A stretch of 63,996 nucleotides of DNA, the filler included, from Rhabdomonas costata (taxonomy: Eukaryota): the NCBI GenBank assembly GCA_019059605.1. It is 15 parts of 15 records of this genome, joined end to end, with 100 filler letters (N's around TTAATTAATTAA, not from the genome) between each part and the next. Parts side by side here need not be neighbours in the genome. Positions count along the whole stretch, not along the records: positions 25,653 to 29,854 come from JAHMHO010000326.1; positions 29,955 to 34,116 come from JAHMHO010000327.1; positions 34,217 to 38,384 come from JAHMHO010000328.1; positions 38,485 to 42,651 come from JAHMHO010000329.1; 11 more parts are not named here. One strand, given 5' to 3'. The position numbers and the translations under genes are program-made. Shown here piece after piece: positions 26,764 through 42,751 of the stretch. Numbering within the stretch: the first letter of the stretch is position 1; every line of letters begins with the position of its first letter. The notes beneath the pieces were generated by a model, which saw nothing but the letters and a program-made list of their open reading frames with translations, searched no databases and was not told where the DNA came from.

Positions 26764-27658
26764 GGAACAAGTCGATCTGGGGCAACGGCCTGCAGCGGCT
26801 GCTGCAATTTGCGGCGTGGGCGTTCGCCCGCGAGGAGGGCACTATCATTGTGGTGGGGCACTCGCTCTGGTTCCGGTTCTTCTTCCAGACCTTCCTGCCC
26901 CGCAACTCGGACCACGCCGCGAAGGTCCCGGCTCCTTGCGCTCGCATTTGGGGCACGCATTCGGTTGGCGAGCTCAGATAGTTGCAGTGAGTGCGGTGAG
27001 TTGCATTTACATCAAGCTCCAATGCACCTCCAATACGCCCTTGAATGCCTCGGCATTCATTGCCAACCATTTGTGCTGTTTCAAAGTGGCGATTTAGGGA
27101 ATCCGAAGCACTTTTCGGAATTGGAACCCGCCCGAGTTCAGCTCCTCCTTTCAGCGCCTCCGGTTTGTGCGATCATTTTGAGAGCAAACTCAGTCTCGGA
27201 ACAGGAAATGCACCCTAATATGTCAACCTCCCTCATAAGAAGTGCAATAACGCTCATCGGGAACAATTGGTTTTGTTTTCAAAGAGGGCAGTGAGCTGGA
27301 ATCTGTTTGTGAGGACTTGGGGGGAACGTCTGGGACGTTACGGTGGGGGTCGGTTGTTTAAGTTGTACAGAGAACGCACTTGTCGATTTTATTTCGCGAA
27401 CACACCTTTCGATGGATTGGGATATGTCTGGATGCCATTTCAGAGCTTAGGTAGAAAGTGTTGGTATGCTTTTTTCGTCGTTGAGACCGCCCATCCCAGC
27501 CCCTGCTTCTTGGGTGCCCTTGCCCCCCCCCCCAGAAGCGCAAGATGGCCAATGCCGCGGTGGTGGTGTTCACGCTAGACCGGGCGATGTACAATGGGCG
27601 GATGGTGTACCGCATTCCTCCCGAGAGCATCACCAAGATCTACCGGTGGTTTGCCTGA
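26764..27658 (+). CDS. Histidine phosphatase (phosphoglycerate-mutase-like) family protein, 3' part
   Basis: Exons 26764-26924 and 27536-27658. R-L-x-x-F...IIVVGHSLWFRFFF...KMANAAVVVF matches the second-His region of the family. Stop at 27656-27658. Confidence 0.7.
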
Positions 27659-28605
27659 GAGAGGCCGCGGCTTCCGGCTGGCCGCCAAAACTCTGCTTTC
27701 CTTCTGAACCCAAAAAGCGGCCGCAGGAAATCGCACTGGCAACCCCTTGTGCAGCAGTTCTATAGTGTGCTGTATGGGAGGATGGGCGAGGCTGTGCATG
27801 TGGTCGTTGCCGGGTGCCTTTTACCGCTTTTTCCTGCTGTGCACTGTTGTAGGCATCTTCTTCTATTTGGCTGGGTGCTTTTTCACAGTTCCAGCCCTCT
27901 CTGCAGGGCCTGGTGTATATACATCCGCCCAAACGTGGGGAAATGNNNNNNNNNNNNNNNNNNNNNNNNNNNNNNNNNNNNNNNNNNNNNNNNNNNNNNN
28001 NNNNNNNNNNNNNNNNNNNNNNNNNNNNNNNNNNNNNNNNNNNNNNNNNNNNNNNNNNNNNNNNNNNNNNNNNNNNNNNNNNNNNNNNNNNNNNNNNNNN
28101 NNNNNNNNNNNNNNNNNNNNNNNNNNNNNNNNNNNNNNNNNNNNNNNNNNNNNNNNNNNNNNNNNNNNNNNNNNNNNNNNNNNNNNNNNNNNNNNNNNNN
28201 NNNNNNNNNNNNNNNNNNNNNNNNNNNNNNNNNNNNNNNNNNNNNNNNNNNNNNNNNNNNNNNNNNNNNNNNNNNNNNNNNNNNNNNNNNNNNNNNNNNN
28301 NNNNNNNNNNNNNNNNNNNNNNNNNNNNNNNNNNNNNNNNNNNNNNNNNNNNNNNNNNNNNNNNNNNNNNNNNNNNNNNNNNNNNNNNNNNNNNNNNNNN
28401 NNNNNNNNNNNNNNNNNNNNNNNNNNNNNNNNNNNNNNNNNNNNNNNNNNNNNNNNNNNNNNNNNNNNNNNNNNNNNNNNNNNNNNNNNNNNNNNNNNNN
28501 NNNNNNNNNNNNNNNNNNNNNNNNNNNNNNNNNNNNNNNNNNNNNNNNNNNNNNNNNNNNNNNNNNNNNNNCCCGTCTCTGTCCCCCCCTTTGAATCTCC
28601 ACGGC

Positions 28606-29340
28606 ATGGCCGCCCTTCCTGTGGAAGCTCCGGTGGAGGACGCTTCAGAGCTTCAGCTTGGGCCGGAGTTCGACTCTGCACCGTGCCTGTTCCTGAGTGA
28701 AGTAGCGCGAATCCTTGAAGAGAAGGAGAGCCGCGAGAAGGAGGAGGCCATGCGGCAGGCATGTCGGTTGGGGGTAAAGCCAAGCTCCAAAAAGCTCCAA
28801 AAGCAGGGATGTCTACTTTTTTCATGAAATCTTTCGGCCCTTCATTCCGCGTTTTTCTCCATCATCTCCGTCCTTCGCGACACAATAATGCGCATGCACA
28901 ATCACTGTCGCAGTCACCTAAACCAATGGCAGCTGAGGTGTCGAGCCCTACTGTCAAGGTAGTGGCTGGGAAACCTCCGCGGTTGGCAAAGCATCCCTCT
29001 CATATGCATTACAACACGCACACAGGCAAGCGGAAATGATATCATTTTGTATAGAAAACATTTTCCTTTCTCTTTCATCCGTCGTAGTTCCGCTTCGGAT
29101 TTGGGCAGCCCCTTGTTCCTGGTCACACTTATCCTTTTCCGCGACCCCAACTTCTTTGACTAAAACCTGGACGCCTGCTTCATACCTCACATGCGCACCG
29201 CACCTTTTTTGGTGCTTCTTCTTTTCCAGGGCACCGGTGGGCCTTCTCCCTTAGCAAGCAGCACTCTGGCTCGCAGTGTGCAGGCGAAGGCGAAGCAGTA
29301 TTGCCTGAGATTCCAGAAGCCTGGCCTGGTGGACGCCAAG
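28606..29340 (+). CDS. RPB4: RNA polymerase II subunit RPB4, 5' part
   Basis: ATG at 28606 gives EDASELQLGPEFDSAPCLFLSEVARILE. Second exon 29230-29340 has SVQAKAKQYCLRF. First donor is ambiguous (GC at 28759 or GT at 28774). Confidence 0.8.
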
Positions 29341-29995
29341 GTGTGCTCTTATGATGTGGACATTGATCCGTGCTATATCTATGCTGCTGCCCTTGCCGGA
29401 TAATTTTTTTTCATCGTTTCAGTCGAGGGCGGAACAGAAACCAAGCCTGCCGTGGTTTCACCCACCTTTTAGATCTTGGGGAAACCAGGCGGCGCAAGAT
29501 ACAGCGGACTTTCCCATCCCACGACTGATCTTGAGGCCTTCTGCTTTGACTTAGGGACAGTTGTGTCTGTTTGTTTGTGTGTTTGTATATGTGTCCCCAA
29601 GAAGTGGCGAGTGGCAGCGAAGAGCGGAAAGCCTGCGGTGGGACAGGAGCAGCCCGGGTCAGCACGAGAGAAGGGGAGAATGGCAGCGAGAAGTGGGAGA
29701 TCAGAGAGGGAGCAATACAGAGGGCCCACAAGGCGCGAAGGGATGCCCGGGCAAGTGGAGAGTGGAGAGAAGCGAGGTCCAGAGTAACCCAGGGAACCAT
29801 GCCCGTCCACCAGCAAAGCGGGTCTACGCCCGGAGTGGGATGGAGGACCCAAACNNNNNNNNNNNNNNNNNNNNNNNNNNNNNNNNNNNNNNNNNNNNTT
29901 AATTAATTAANNNNNNNNNNNNNNNNNNNNNNNNNNNNNNNNNNNNNNNNNNNNTGGTGTGTCATGAACTTGTAGCTGTGGGGGCTGTTCAGCCC

Positions 29996-32934
<2,939 letters not shown>

Positions 32935-33696
32935 AGACTCTTCGGAGGTTCCCGCGAAAGCGTGTTCATCAGTGATGTGGCCTACGGCCGCATGGGGTGG
33001 AGCGCTGTTGCTGACCCCCCCCCTTGTTTTTTCTTTGTGCGTGTGAGGAAGATAAGTGCTCGCTGTGTTTTCTGAACACGGCGGGTGTTGCACGTGTGTG
33101 CCCGCAATGTTGCCTCTGTAGCGTTTCTTTGCAAGGATCTTTTTTTTGCTGCAGACGGTCTGTTGTCAAGAGATGTGTGGAGGGCGGTGGACAGGGCGGC
33201 GGGTCTTCTGGATGTGTCTGTGCAGTCCCACCGTCGCTGCTGCTATTGCTTGTGATAGGATGATAGGATGATAGGATCGAAATTATGACAATCGATTCCC
33301 GATTTCCCCACACCTGAAAGTAAGCGTTTATCCATCTAAAACCATTGGTTAGGTTCTTTTTTGTCAACGTAATTGTATATCTGGTCGGCAAGGGTGTGGG
33401 GTGCTCCTGAGAAAAACACATATAGCGCGACAATTGGATTTGACTTGATGCGGCATGACACACACAGGTCGGACATTTCGCTTCCTCTCTCTCCCTCTCG
33501 ATGCCATAGAATGCTGCAATGGTAACACGTGAAAACTTTGCATGCTTAACTCTCTCCTAGGGCTGAAGCCTCTGTGCATCTAAACTCATACAAGTACGGG
33601 ATGGGTCGGTTACCGAGAGTCAGTCAGATCATAACTTAACACAACCGATGCAGCACCCTTAAGGAGGCACCATACGTGCGGATCAGTGCGATGGAC

Positions 33697-34064
33697 CTGT
33701 CATAATGGTTGAGTTCGTGGTGACAATGTCAAACAGGAGGCCAAACTTGGAGGAGTGGGAGTGATTCTTCAGCGCAGCATCGATCAGCTTGCGGACCTGA
33801 AATGATATGAAATGCCCTCGACAAAAAGCACCATCAAAAAGCACTGCCACCAGCTTTCGTGCTTGGCCCCAGCGGCCTCGTATGAGCCAAACCTTGTAAC
33901 AATAAAGGGTACATAAAAGAATATGTTACCTGCTTGAGGGGCTTCTGCTCGTTCCGGCTGTACTTGAAGGAGATGTAAACCCAAAACTTCTTCTCCCCTG
34001 GGGCGACCTGGGTGAGGATATCTGGGCGCTGTCGCCCTCGCTGCGCCTGCCGCTCCCGGGAGAG
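33697..34064 (-). CDS. Hypothetical protein, internal exons
   Basis: Phase-compatible AG/GT-bounded exons 34064-33930 and 33796-33697 (KKFWVYISFKYSRNEQKPLKQ|VRKLIDAALKNH). Family not recognised. Confidence 0.5.
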
Positions 34065-34603
34065 CTGGAAAGAGAATTTCCTGTGCCAAGCCAAGCGAAT
34101 AGGTGTCCAACCCAACNNNNNNNNNNNNNNNNNNNNNNNNNNNNNNNNNNNNNNNNNNNNTTAATTAATTAANNNNNNNNNNNNNNNNNNNNNNNNNNNN
34201 NNNNNNNNNNNNNNNNTTGTGTTGGTCAACGCACCTGTCACGCCTTCTGTCATGTTTGCCTTGCTCCTCTGCTATAACGAGAACTCCTCAATCACAGAGG
34301 GCGAGGACGCAGCCATCGCCCTTGATATCATGAGCGTGACATTCGAGGGCCATCGAACTTTGTGCCAAAGTAATGGAGTGAAGGGAGTAAAGTCGCCTTT
34401 CGTTCCATCGGATTTCTGCCCCTCCTTGGGACTTTGGTGTTGAGCATGAACTCCCTCCACGTTCCCAGTATTTCAGCGCTGTTTATCAGAGAAGTCATTT
34501 GTCATCTTGGTGTTGTGGCTGCAGCAGAGGAGATGTCCCTTTGGTTTTCTTTTGGCTGTGTGTAAACATTGCTTTTTGTGTTTTTTTCTGGACATGTGCG
34601 CAG

Positions 34604-36604
34604 CTATCGCCACGCACAGCTGAGGGAACAGGAAGCCCGGCTCTGCGACCCCGTGTGCCAGTGGTTCGATGACTTTTTCGGGGTTTGCCCTTCTGATCCT
34701 TTTTCTTTTCCTTCGCCCCTCGAGTTTGTGTATGTCATTTTTCGAGAAGTGGCACGCATGGGGGTTGGCCTTTCACTTCTGAGAGAGGGTGCTCTGAAAC
34801 CCAAGAAACTCTCGTACCTTTTTGCACAGGCGTCGTTGTAGCGTCGACAAGTCATGTCGCGATATTTCTGCGATACGTAGCAAGGAGCAGGTGGTCCTTT
34901 TTTTGTTGATTTGCGATCCGATTGTTCTAGGTGATCACTCCTCGAATGGAAGGACTGCAGTCGGCCAAAGTCGCAGGTCTGCTAATGTCGCACCGTTTCT
35001 CCTTTTGTGCATGCCTTTTCAGGGTTTATTGATTATTAGTGGCGAAGATTCCTCTTACCTCACTCAAGCTTATGGTCGGCGCTCGAAATGTTTCGAAACA
35101 ATGTTGATTGTAGACTCTTGTTAATTTACCTTGATGGTGGTGTTACCTTCTTCATCTTGTGTGTGGGCATGTAGCGCTGGTGCAGTGTAGCCAATACAAG
35201 AGTTCGTCACCATTTCCATCCTCCCAGTATGTATTTGTGTCATTGTGCAGAGAGCACTCAGCGCAAAGTTCACCAGGCTTTGCTGGAGCTGAAGATGAAC
35301 AAGTACCAGGTTGTCGCCCTGTACGTCATTGCACAATACACGGCCTCCATTGTCCTGGCCACGGCGGTGGTTTTCGGGGGTGTCTCCGTTGAGGACGCCT
35401 TGCAGGTTGCCCTTCCTCCTTTGTTTGCTGGGTTGTGCCAGCCGCACCGCTCCGTCCACGTCCACGGGCTTGCCTCCGCTACTGATATCAGCTTGCTCCT
35501 TTCGCGTAAAATGACTTTGGGACTGGAAGAGAGATTACTTACTGCGTCTCTTGTGGTGGGTGGATGAGGCAGTATATGTGTTTTCATACTGAAAGAGTGC
35601 TTCCCATGCAAGTAAAGACCTAGGCACTTTCTCTGGGGTCTTAGAGGTAAGCGATCCTCAACTCGGCGCTCCGAACCATGAGCGCTCCAATTCGCTCCAA
35701 CCCTCATAGCCCCTTCTGGGAGTCGCAACGCAGCCCTGTAGACAGTAGCTACCCAGGTCCCCCACCACCACCGTTCGCTCATAGAGGTCAGGGGGAAACG
35801 CGCAGTACTTAGGCGCAAGTTTTTCTCCTTATTCTCTGTTTTCCATTTCTTTTCCTTTGCTCTTTTCCTATGCTCGCCCACGGTTCCCTCCCCTCTCCAA
35901 GATTAACAGACTGGAGGAGATGCACGGTGTGGGTAGCGTCGAGGGCTACCACGACATCCGGGACGCCGATGTCACGGTGAAGGTTGAAGGACACACACAC
36001 ACACGTGCCATATGTGGAACTTTCGGTGGTGAGCCGGTTCCGGTTCCGGAGCGAAGGGTCCCCACGGCACCCTTCGCTCCAACGGCAGCTCTCGTGAGCA
36101 CCCAGCCAGTCGGTCCACAGTGGTCACCAACAACCAAGCAACTAGTCAAACAGGCAACAGCCAGCGCACAATGCGCCCAACACACACACACACACGTGCC
36201 AATGGTCCGCCCAAACAAATAGGAAAGCACCGACAGGAATCCTCAGGGAAGCGGGAAAAGACTGGAACACGGGCCCCGAACTCGAATTGTGCCCTTCCCC
36301 GTACCTTACCCCTGAAAGGCATGTTTCGGTACACCTGACGGTAGGGGATATCTACGTAACAGAAACTGTCCAACAATATTGGTGCATCTTTTTTTTTCGA
36401 AATTCGAATTTCAGTGTTTCCAGATCTAGGTTGATGTGGTGTGCCACTTGGTTTGTTTTTGCAATGCCTTTCTTCTTTGCCTTGCTGTTTCCTCAGGTGG
36501 CTGCCTCGCTGGCATGCTTTAAGCTGGCGCAAGGGCTTAGCGTTGCCCAAACCACTGTCCCCGTGCATCTTCTGCGGGAGGGGGGCAGGAAGACCCCGCA
36601 CTAG
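34604..36604 (+). CDS. ATP12: Mitochondrial F1 ATP synthase assembly factor ATP12 (ATPAF2), 3' part
   Basis: Exons about 34604-34682, 35251-35405, 35902-35982 and 36497-36604. LREQEARLCDPVCQWF, SIVLATAV, NRLEE-x5-SVEGYHDI-x8-VAA match the ATP12 C-terminal pattern. Confidence 0.75.
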
Positions 36605-37385
36605 AGCCCTTTCCCAACTCCACTCTAATGGAAAAAGGATGAGGGTGCGGGGGAGGGGGTGTGAACAAACGCGGAGAGACTGACTTTTGTACACGTCTGC
36701 TAAAAGGACAGGTGGGTTACCATTTGTGCGGCAGGCATTTGGTGGGGAGAAAAGGAGAATCGAGATGTGAGGGCACCGATTGTGGGGTTTCGGTGGGGCT
36801 GAGAAGTATGAAGTATGAGATATGAGGTAAAAGGTATGAGCCTTTCTGACAAAAACAAGCTCCGAGTCGAAAATGTACTCTGCCGGAATCCATGGGGTCA
36901 AGAATGCCCCAATCCAATTGTCCAGCAATTCGCAATTGACTCTCTGTGCCTTTTATGTTTGACCATTGGCGTAGGCACAGGTTCTGTCCCTCTTTCTTTT
37001 TTTTTACCTCCCCTTCTCTGTTTGTTTGGTTGCGCTTTTGTTTGTGTGTTCGTGCGTGTGTGAGAATCTTCCCGACGTGTTTTGCACGTGGGGTGACAAT
37101 TCCTTCTCGTTCCCTTCTGTTCCGGAACCGCGCGGGGGCGGCCAAACGTATGCATGCATCAGAGAAACCGGCAAAAAAACCTCATGATGCTATAGTCGAG
37201 GAAAAGTCCAGAAACGGTAATCAGCACTGAAGTGCTATTAGGACAGCTCTTCCCGTGTTGTGTTAGTTGAACCCGCTTAAAGGGGCAGATAAAGAAGCGA
37301 GGTAATTAAGGGAGAGGAAGAGGTTACGTCACGTCACTTTGCGCTCGGCTGGGTTTCCCATCTCTCCTCTTCGCCGCCGTTCACA

Positions 37386-38049
37386 ATGACGTCCTCCTCC
37401 GCACCGGCAGCTGTTCCGCTGACTATCCCCGTTCCACGCCGAGCCACGCCGCTTTGCACGTGCCCGCACTGCGATGCCGAGCTCCCGCGCCTGGAGCTGG
37501 ATGCCCACCTTAAAGGGTCATGTCCCATGGCCCCGTTTCGCACGGTGCCATGCCCGGTGTGCTTCCAGAACTTTCACCCTGACGAAGTGGAGGTGCACGT
37601 CAACCGCTGCGTGGAGGTCGGCTCAAAGATTCTCGTTTTGTGCTTCTTTGCCTTTCCCTTGCCTTTCGGCTTGGAAGGGCCATAATGGGTTCTTTGCACG
37701 CCTTCATGCTGAGACTAAGCTTTCGGCCGGGGCTGCGTGAAATATCTTCCCGTTGGTTTGAGTCCCTTAAGCTGGGCGGCGAGGTCATTGAATGATGGAC
37801 GCCACCGCAATCATACGGGCGTTGTCACCCTGTGGGGTGCCAGTTTTTGCTGGGAGACCCTCCCCCTTCTCCCCCAAAAAGGCTCCGCCGTTGGTCTGCC
37901 CGCTGTGCGGTGCGGAGTGCGGGCGAACACTTGTGGAAGCGGAGGCGCACTTCCGGAAGGTCCACGATGCGCTGGACAAGCCCTCCACGGAGTGTCCGAT
38001 CTGCTTCGAGAAGATCCGCATAGTGGCTCGGTCGCAGTGCTGCAAGCAG
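37386..38049 (+). CDS. Multi-zinc-finger protein (TRAF/UBZ-like C2HC fingers), 5' part
   Basis: CPHC...LDAHLKGSCP, CPVCFQNF...VEVHVNRC (exon 37386-37616), then CPLCG...EAHFRKVH and CPICFE (about 37882-38049). Confidence 0.7.
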
Positions 38050-38840
38050 GCCCGAGACTTTTCGTTTTTCGGCCGCTGCTTTTTTTTCGATGGTCTGGCG
38101 AGCAAAGACACATGTGTGCACCTTCGCCTGCGAATTCTTTTATCGATTTGGAACTGATAGGGAAGCATTGCCGCTCCTTTTCTTCATGAGCGCAGGCCTT
38201 CCTGTCCCTACCACAGATTTAAAAAGAGCGGGTGCTTCAGCATGGCCCTGTGTGTTTGGCCATCCTCGGTTTCAATGTGCCGGTGATTTTTCCTAATGAC
38301 CTGCGCCCATCAGTTGAAGGGATGGTCATAATGCCAGAGCAGCTGCTACGGAGGCGAGAGAATCGATTCTACCCACCAAAAACANNNNNNNNNNNNNNNN
38401 NNNNNNNNNNNNNNNNNNNNNNNNNNNNTTAATTAATTAANNNNNNNNNNNNNNNNNNNNNNNNNNNNNNNNNNNNNNNNNNNNGTTTTTGGGTCAGTGT
38501 TTGGACTTTGCGGGGGTGAGGTTTGTTTGAGGCCGGAGCCAGCAGCCCATTGATGATGTTGTCTTCACATCAGTGGGTCACGTGTGTCAGGCCAGAACCT
38601 CCTAGATTACGTTATTTTAGTTCAATGGGATTTGAAAATCTTTGACCGCTTAAAGTTAAACGCATCCCTTCCCGTTAGCTCCTTTTCTTGACAACAATTA
38701 ATCGACAGGAATCCTCACCCCACCCCAATGGCTTTATCTTTCTCACATCCCAGTGAACATCCTTCCGTAACCACAGCAAAAACGTGGACCTAAGGTGGAA
38801 CACAGGCACAAGGATGGAAAGTGAGCAACTGTGCCGCAAC

Positions 38841-40201
38841 CTGGTTCTTGAGGCGGAGGATGTCCCCCGGGCGGGAGATAATCCGCGCGTCGTTTTCCGA
38901 GCGGAAAGACGACACCTGGTCGGGCTTCGCTGCACCTGAGCACCCGGGGAGGGGCAGGACGGCTGCGTTTTGGGGGTTGATACGGAAAACACTCTTGTGC
39001 GGTTGCCATGCATGTGTGGCAAACAACATTGTGGTGGGGGCTGGGCATCGATGAGAAAAATGCGCAGGGCGACACGATGACCACGATGACCACGATGACC
39101 GATGCCGAGAGGCCCCACATGGACGTTTCGAAAACCAGTTTTCAAACGAGGTGGGGAGGTGGGGCAACTTTCCTGGTGGCCGAGGCCCTGCCTTTTCTTG
39201 ACTTGGGTTTTTGTAAGTTATCCTCTCATTGTTCCCCGTGGCTTACATGCGTAATATCCCACCTATCCCACCTCAACCAACAATAACCCAACAAGCACCC
39301 CCCTCCCCTGCCTACGACTGCCGGTGTGGGGCAACGGACCGGCGGTGACGGACATCTTGTTCAGCTTAATGAAGTCTCGCCCGTGGTCAATCTCGCGGCG
39401 GGGCTCCGGGGTGGGCTTCCAGTTGAAGATGATCTGGCCCGCCCCCTCGGCGTCCCGCTTCACCAGAGTGCCGTACGTCCGGTCTGCCTGCTCAACGTGC
39501 TTGTTGCTGTTGAACTTGGGCTTGCCAACCTGCCAACCCATCCCAACTCCATCTCATCTGTATCCATCTCTCAAGCACATTTCCAAAATAATCACTTCCT
39601 TCGTGCCCATCATTGTAAAAGCACCAGTAATCCTCACCTGACATCCTGCCACCGAGCACAACTCCAGGCACAGTGAGCTTACTGTGCCACACACATCTTT
39701 GTGGCATTCCCCTTTCCCTCACACCACATGATTGCCTCATGCCAAGCCAGAAAGCCCACAAAGAGCCAGCTGCACCCCTTCCCCCAAAAACTGAAAATGA
39801 GACCAGTGATGCAAGAATGCGCCGTGTCATGCCTGCACAAGGGAACCATCCCAATCTGGGAGAACTAAGCCATTGCCAGAACCGAAGAACCGCCACATTG
39901 CGGGCAAACCCACGTGATCAGTGAAGCGCATGTGGGGTAACCTGGTTGACTTTTCCGTGCTTGGGACATGTTTTCAGCATTCCTCTTCGCCATTCCGCCT
40001 CACCACTTCTTCTGTCTCTCTATCCCATTATTTCGGCCTTACTTTGCAGGACAATGGCCAGATGCCAGCCTTCATTCCATTCCGTTAAAGACGAATCGTT
40101 GCTAGGCAAACCTCATTGCGGTTGCGGTTGATGATTGGGTTCCACAGGGGCCGCTTCGACCCCACAACGACATCCCCGTTGAAGGTGAACTGGCTGGGCA
40201 T
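38841..40201 (-). CDS. CFAP77: Cilia- and flagella-associated protein 77-like (DUF4483), 5' part
   Basis: Phase-compatible GT-AG exons 40201-40112, 39529-39340 and 38935-38841: NPII...VGKPK...TYG...DAEGAGQIIFNW...GRDFIKLNKMSVTAG...FRSENDAR. Confidence 0.72.
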
Positions 40202-42751
40202 TTCACAGCAGAGGGGGAGGGACGGAAGTGGCTGGGAAGCGGAGGAGGCTGCAAGCGGGGCACCGCTGACAAATCCGGAATGTGGAGAGTGGGGAGAGAT
40301 AGAGAGGGTAGTAGCACAAAGCGAAAGAACAGACAGCTATAAAAAGCGAATGAAAAGCGAACCACGAAGAAGTACTGCCCCCATAAATCGAAAGACAAAC
40401 TGGCACATGTCGATTTATAAAAAAACCAGCGGCCAATCTATCATTGCACAAAATACAGCATACTCGAGCAGGCAGGTGGAGGTCCCTGGCGCGACGAAAG
40501 GAAGTGCGGCAGATCAGAAAGGTCGAGCAGCAATATAATCTCTTTTCCAGGTTTTCGGCAGCAGCACTAGTGAAATCATGCCTACGTTGTTTCGAAGCCC
40601 GGTTTATTTGTAAGTCCTTCGTTTTGAAGCTGTATTCCAGCTGACTCGAAGTACACTCGGTCACAAGGGCAAAGCCAGTGGTGGCTCGCCATCAGGAAGG
40701 TTCAGGCTAATGCGCTTGCAGCCATCATTATCCAGTCATCTCACTAATGCGAGGTTGTCGCTTGGATCGAAAACGTGGGGAAGCATGGCAATCGGCTGAG
40801 AAGCCATATTATGCCGCGAAATACCTTAGAAAATGCTGAGAGCGCAGTGCACAGTAATCACAGTAGTCACAGTACTCAAACTCGGATCGTCACTCCGCTG
40901 TGGTGGGGGAGGGAGGGAACACGGCACAGCTGCACAAGTCGCAAAACAAAGGGCGCTGCCGAAGGAGACTAGAAACCAGCCCCCAACCACGTCCCTCCAG
41001 AGAAAAATGAGGCTTATGATGTGGAACTCAAAAAAGAAGCGCTAAGGGGTTACGACTACGCCTTTAGCAGTGCAAATTTTAATTTATGTTGCTACATAAA
41101 TTGCTTACATAAATTGGTCAACTACCTGCCGCTGGGAGTTCGGCAGGTCCCATTGATACATAAATCATCATGGGGAGCAAACATCATCCCATGGAATCTG
41201 ATGAAACAGGATCGGTACGTGAGCCTTTCCATAATCGGTGGGTCAGACAGCAAAAGGAACCCCAACGAACTATTTATGTGTCTCAGGACACTTTGGACAC
41301 TTTCACCAGGGAGAACGACAGTGGATTTACCGGTGGGCGTCATCTAATCACGCAAAAAAAAAACGGCTTGCATCAACGTCAGCACATCGGATAAATTCTT
41401 CACTCCTAGTGCCCTGGATGGGAAGCCGGCCGGTTAATTAGTCTTTGCCGTGAACAATGCTTCAAGTATTTTTTTTCATCTGCACTGGAGCTCTTAGGTC
41501 ATGCACTTGCGAGCGTTGGTCCTAGTCAACACCCCCGCCGGAAGAACATTGTATCATCCTGCATTATATTGCAGTGAAGGAGAAAATGCTGGGAAGGGAC
41601 GGAGTTCGGAAACTATCATGAAACTGCGCTAAAGCGACAACAAGAACAAGTGGTCGTGGGAGAGGGGGGAGGAGGGTCGGAATAAGGAGGGGTTGGTGTA
41701 TATGAGTGTACAGGTCGCTAACGGGAGGAAGCCGTCATAGCAAAGGAGCGCATAGGCGAGTATGGGGTACAACATACTCACAGCTGAAGAGCAGAGGCCT
41801 CCGTGGAGGAACAGTCAGTGAGCTGGTTGTGTACAAAGGGCACGAAAGGAGAGAGGCCGTGGAGGAGCAGGAAATGGAAGGAGGGAGGGAGGGCAGACCA
41901 ACAGCAGGCCACTCCACAGCTCACTCCAGAACGAACAGGGTGGCCTTGGACAAGGTCTTGGTGTAGGTGAAGCACTGAAGACAACCCAGCATTAGCAGCC
42001 GACACGTGGTGCGCCCTCCGCGCAATCATGCCGTCCTCCTTCCATCCTTCTTTCCATCTTCCGATTCTAGTCTTCGCTCCGCACACCTCCCTCAAACTCA
42101 TATCTGTCCAACTAGATTATTGTCCCGGGTGTCCCTGGTCTTCCTCTGGTTTTCCCTGTCATCCCTCCCTGCCTCACCCACTGCATTTTTTGTCAGTTGG
42201 GTTTTCCGAGGAATACTTTTTCAATGGGGAACTGAATAGAGTGCATTGATTTTTCAGCCGGTTTACGTATCAACATATTCCTGCCTTCGTCGAGTGCGCT
42301 AGTTAGCTGCTCCTGGTTTCCTCATCCTTGTGATTATATTTGATGTGCAGCAACAGTGGTACCCCGCGTGTATGGGCATGCCCTTGTTACTGTGTGATTC
42401 GAACATGTGGTTCGTCTCACTTTGCTTCAGATGGACACACAGGTCCGACAGACGGTACCCCCAGGAAGATTCATCAGGCAGACAACAGCGCTCGATGCAA
42501 GGAGGCACGCGTCCATTCGGGGCGTATCGAGCTCGTTGAAAAAGAGTTAAGTGCACAGTTATGTCTCCCATCTGCGATGTGGAAAAAACAATGCACTCTA
42601 TTCAGTTCCCCATTGAAAAAGTATTCCTCGGAAAACCCAACTGACAAAAAANNNNNNNNNNNNNNNNNNNNNNNNNNNNNNNNNNNNNNNNNNNNTTAAT
42701 TAATTAANNNNNNNNNNNNNNNNNNNNNNNNNNNNNNNNNNNNNNNNNNNN

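Noticed and set aside
27630-28827. Long ORFs of 239-325 aa in the ORF track
   Set aside because: They are read-through of the N gap at 27946-28571.
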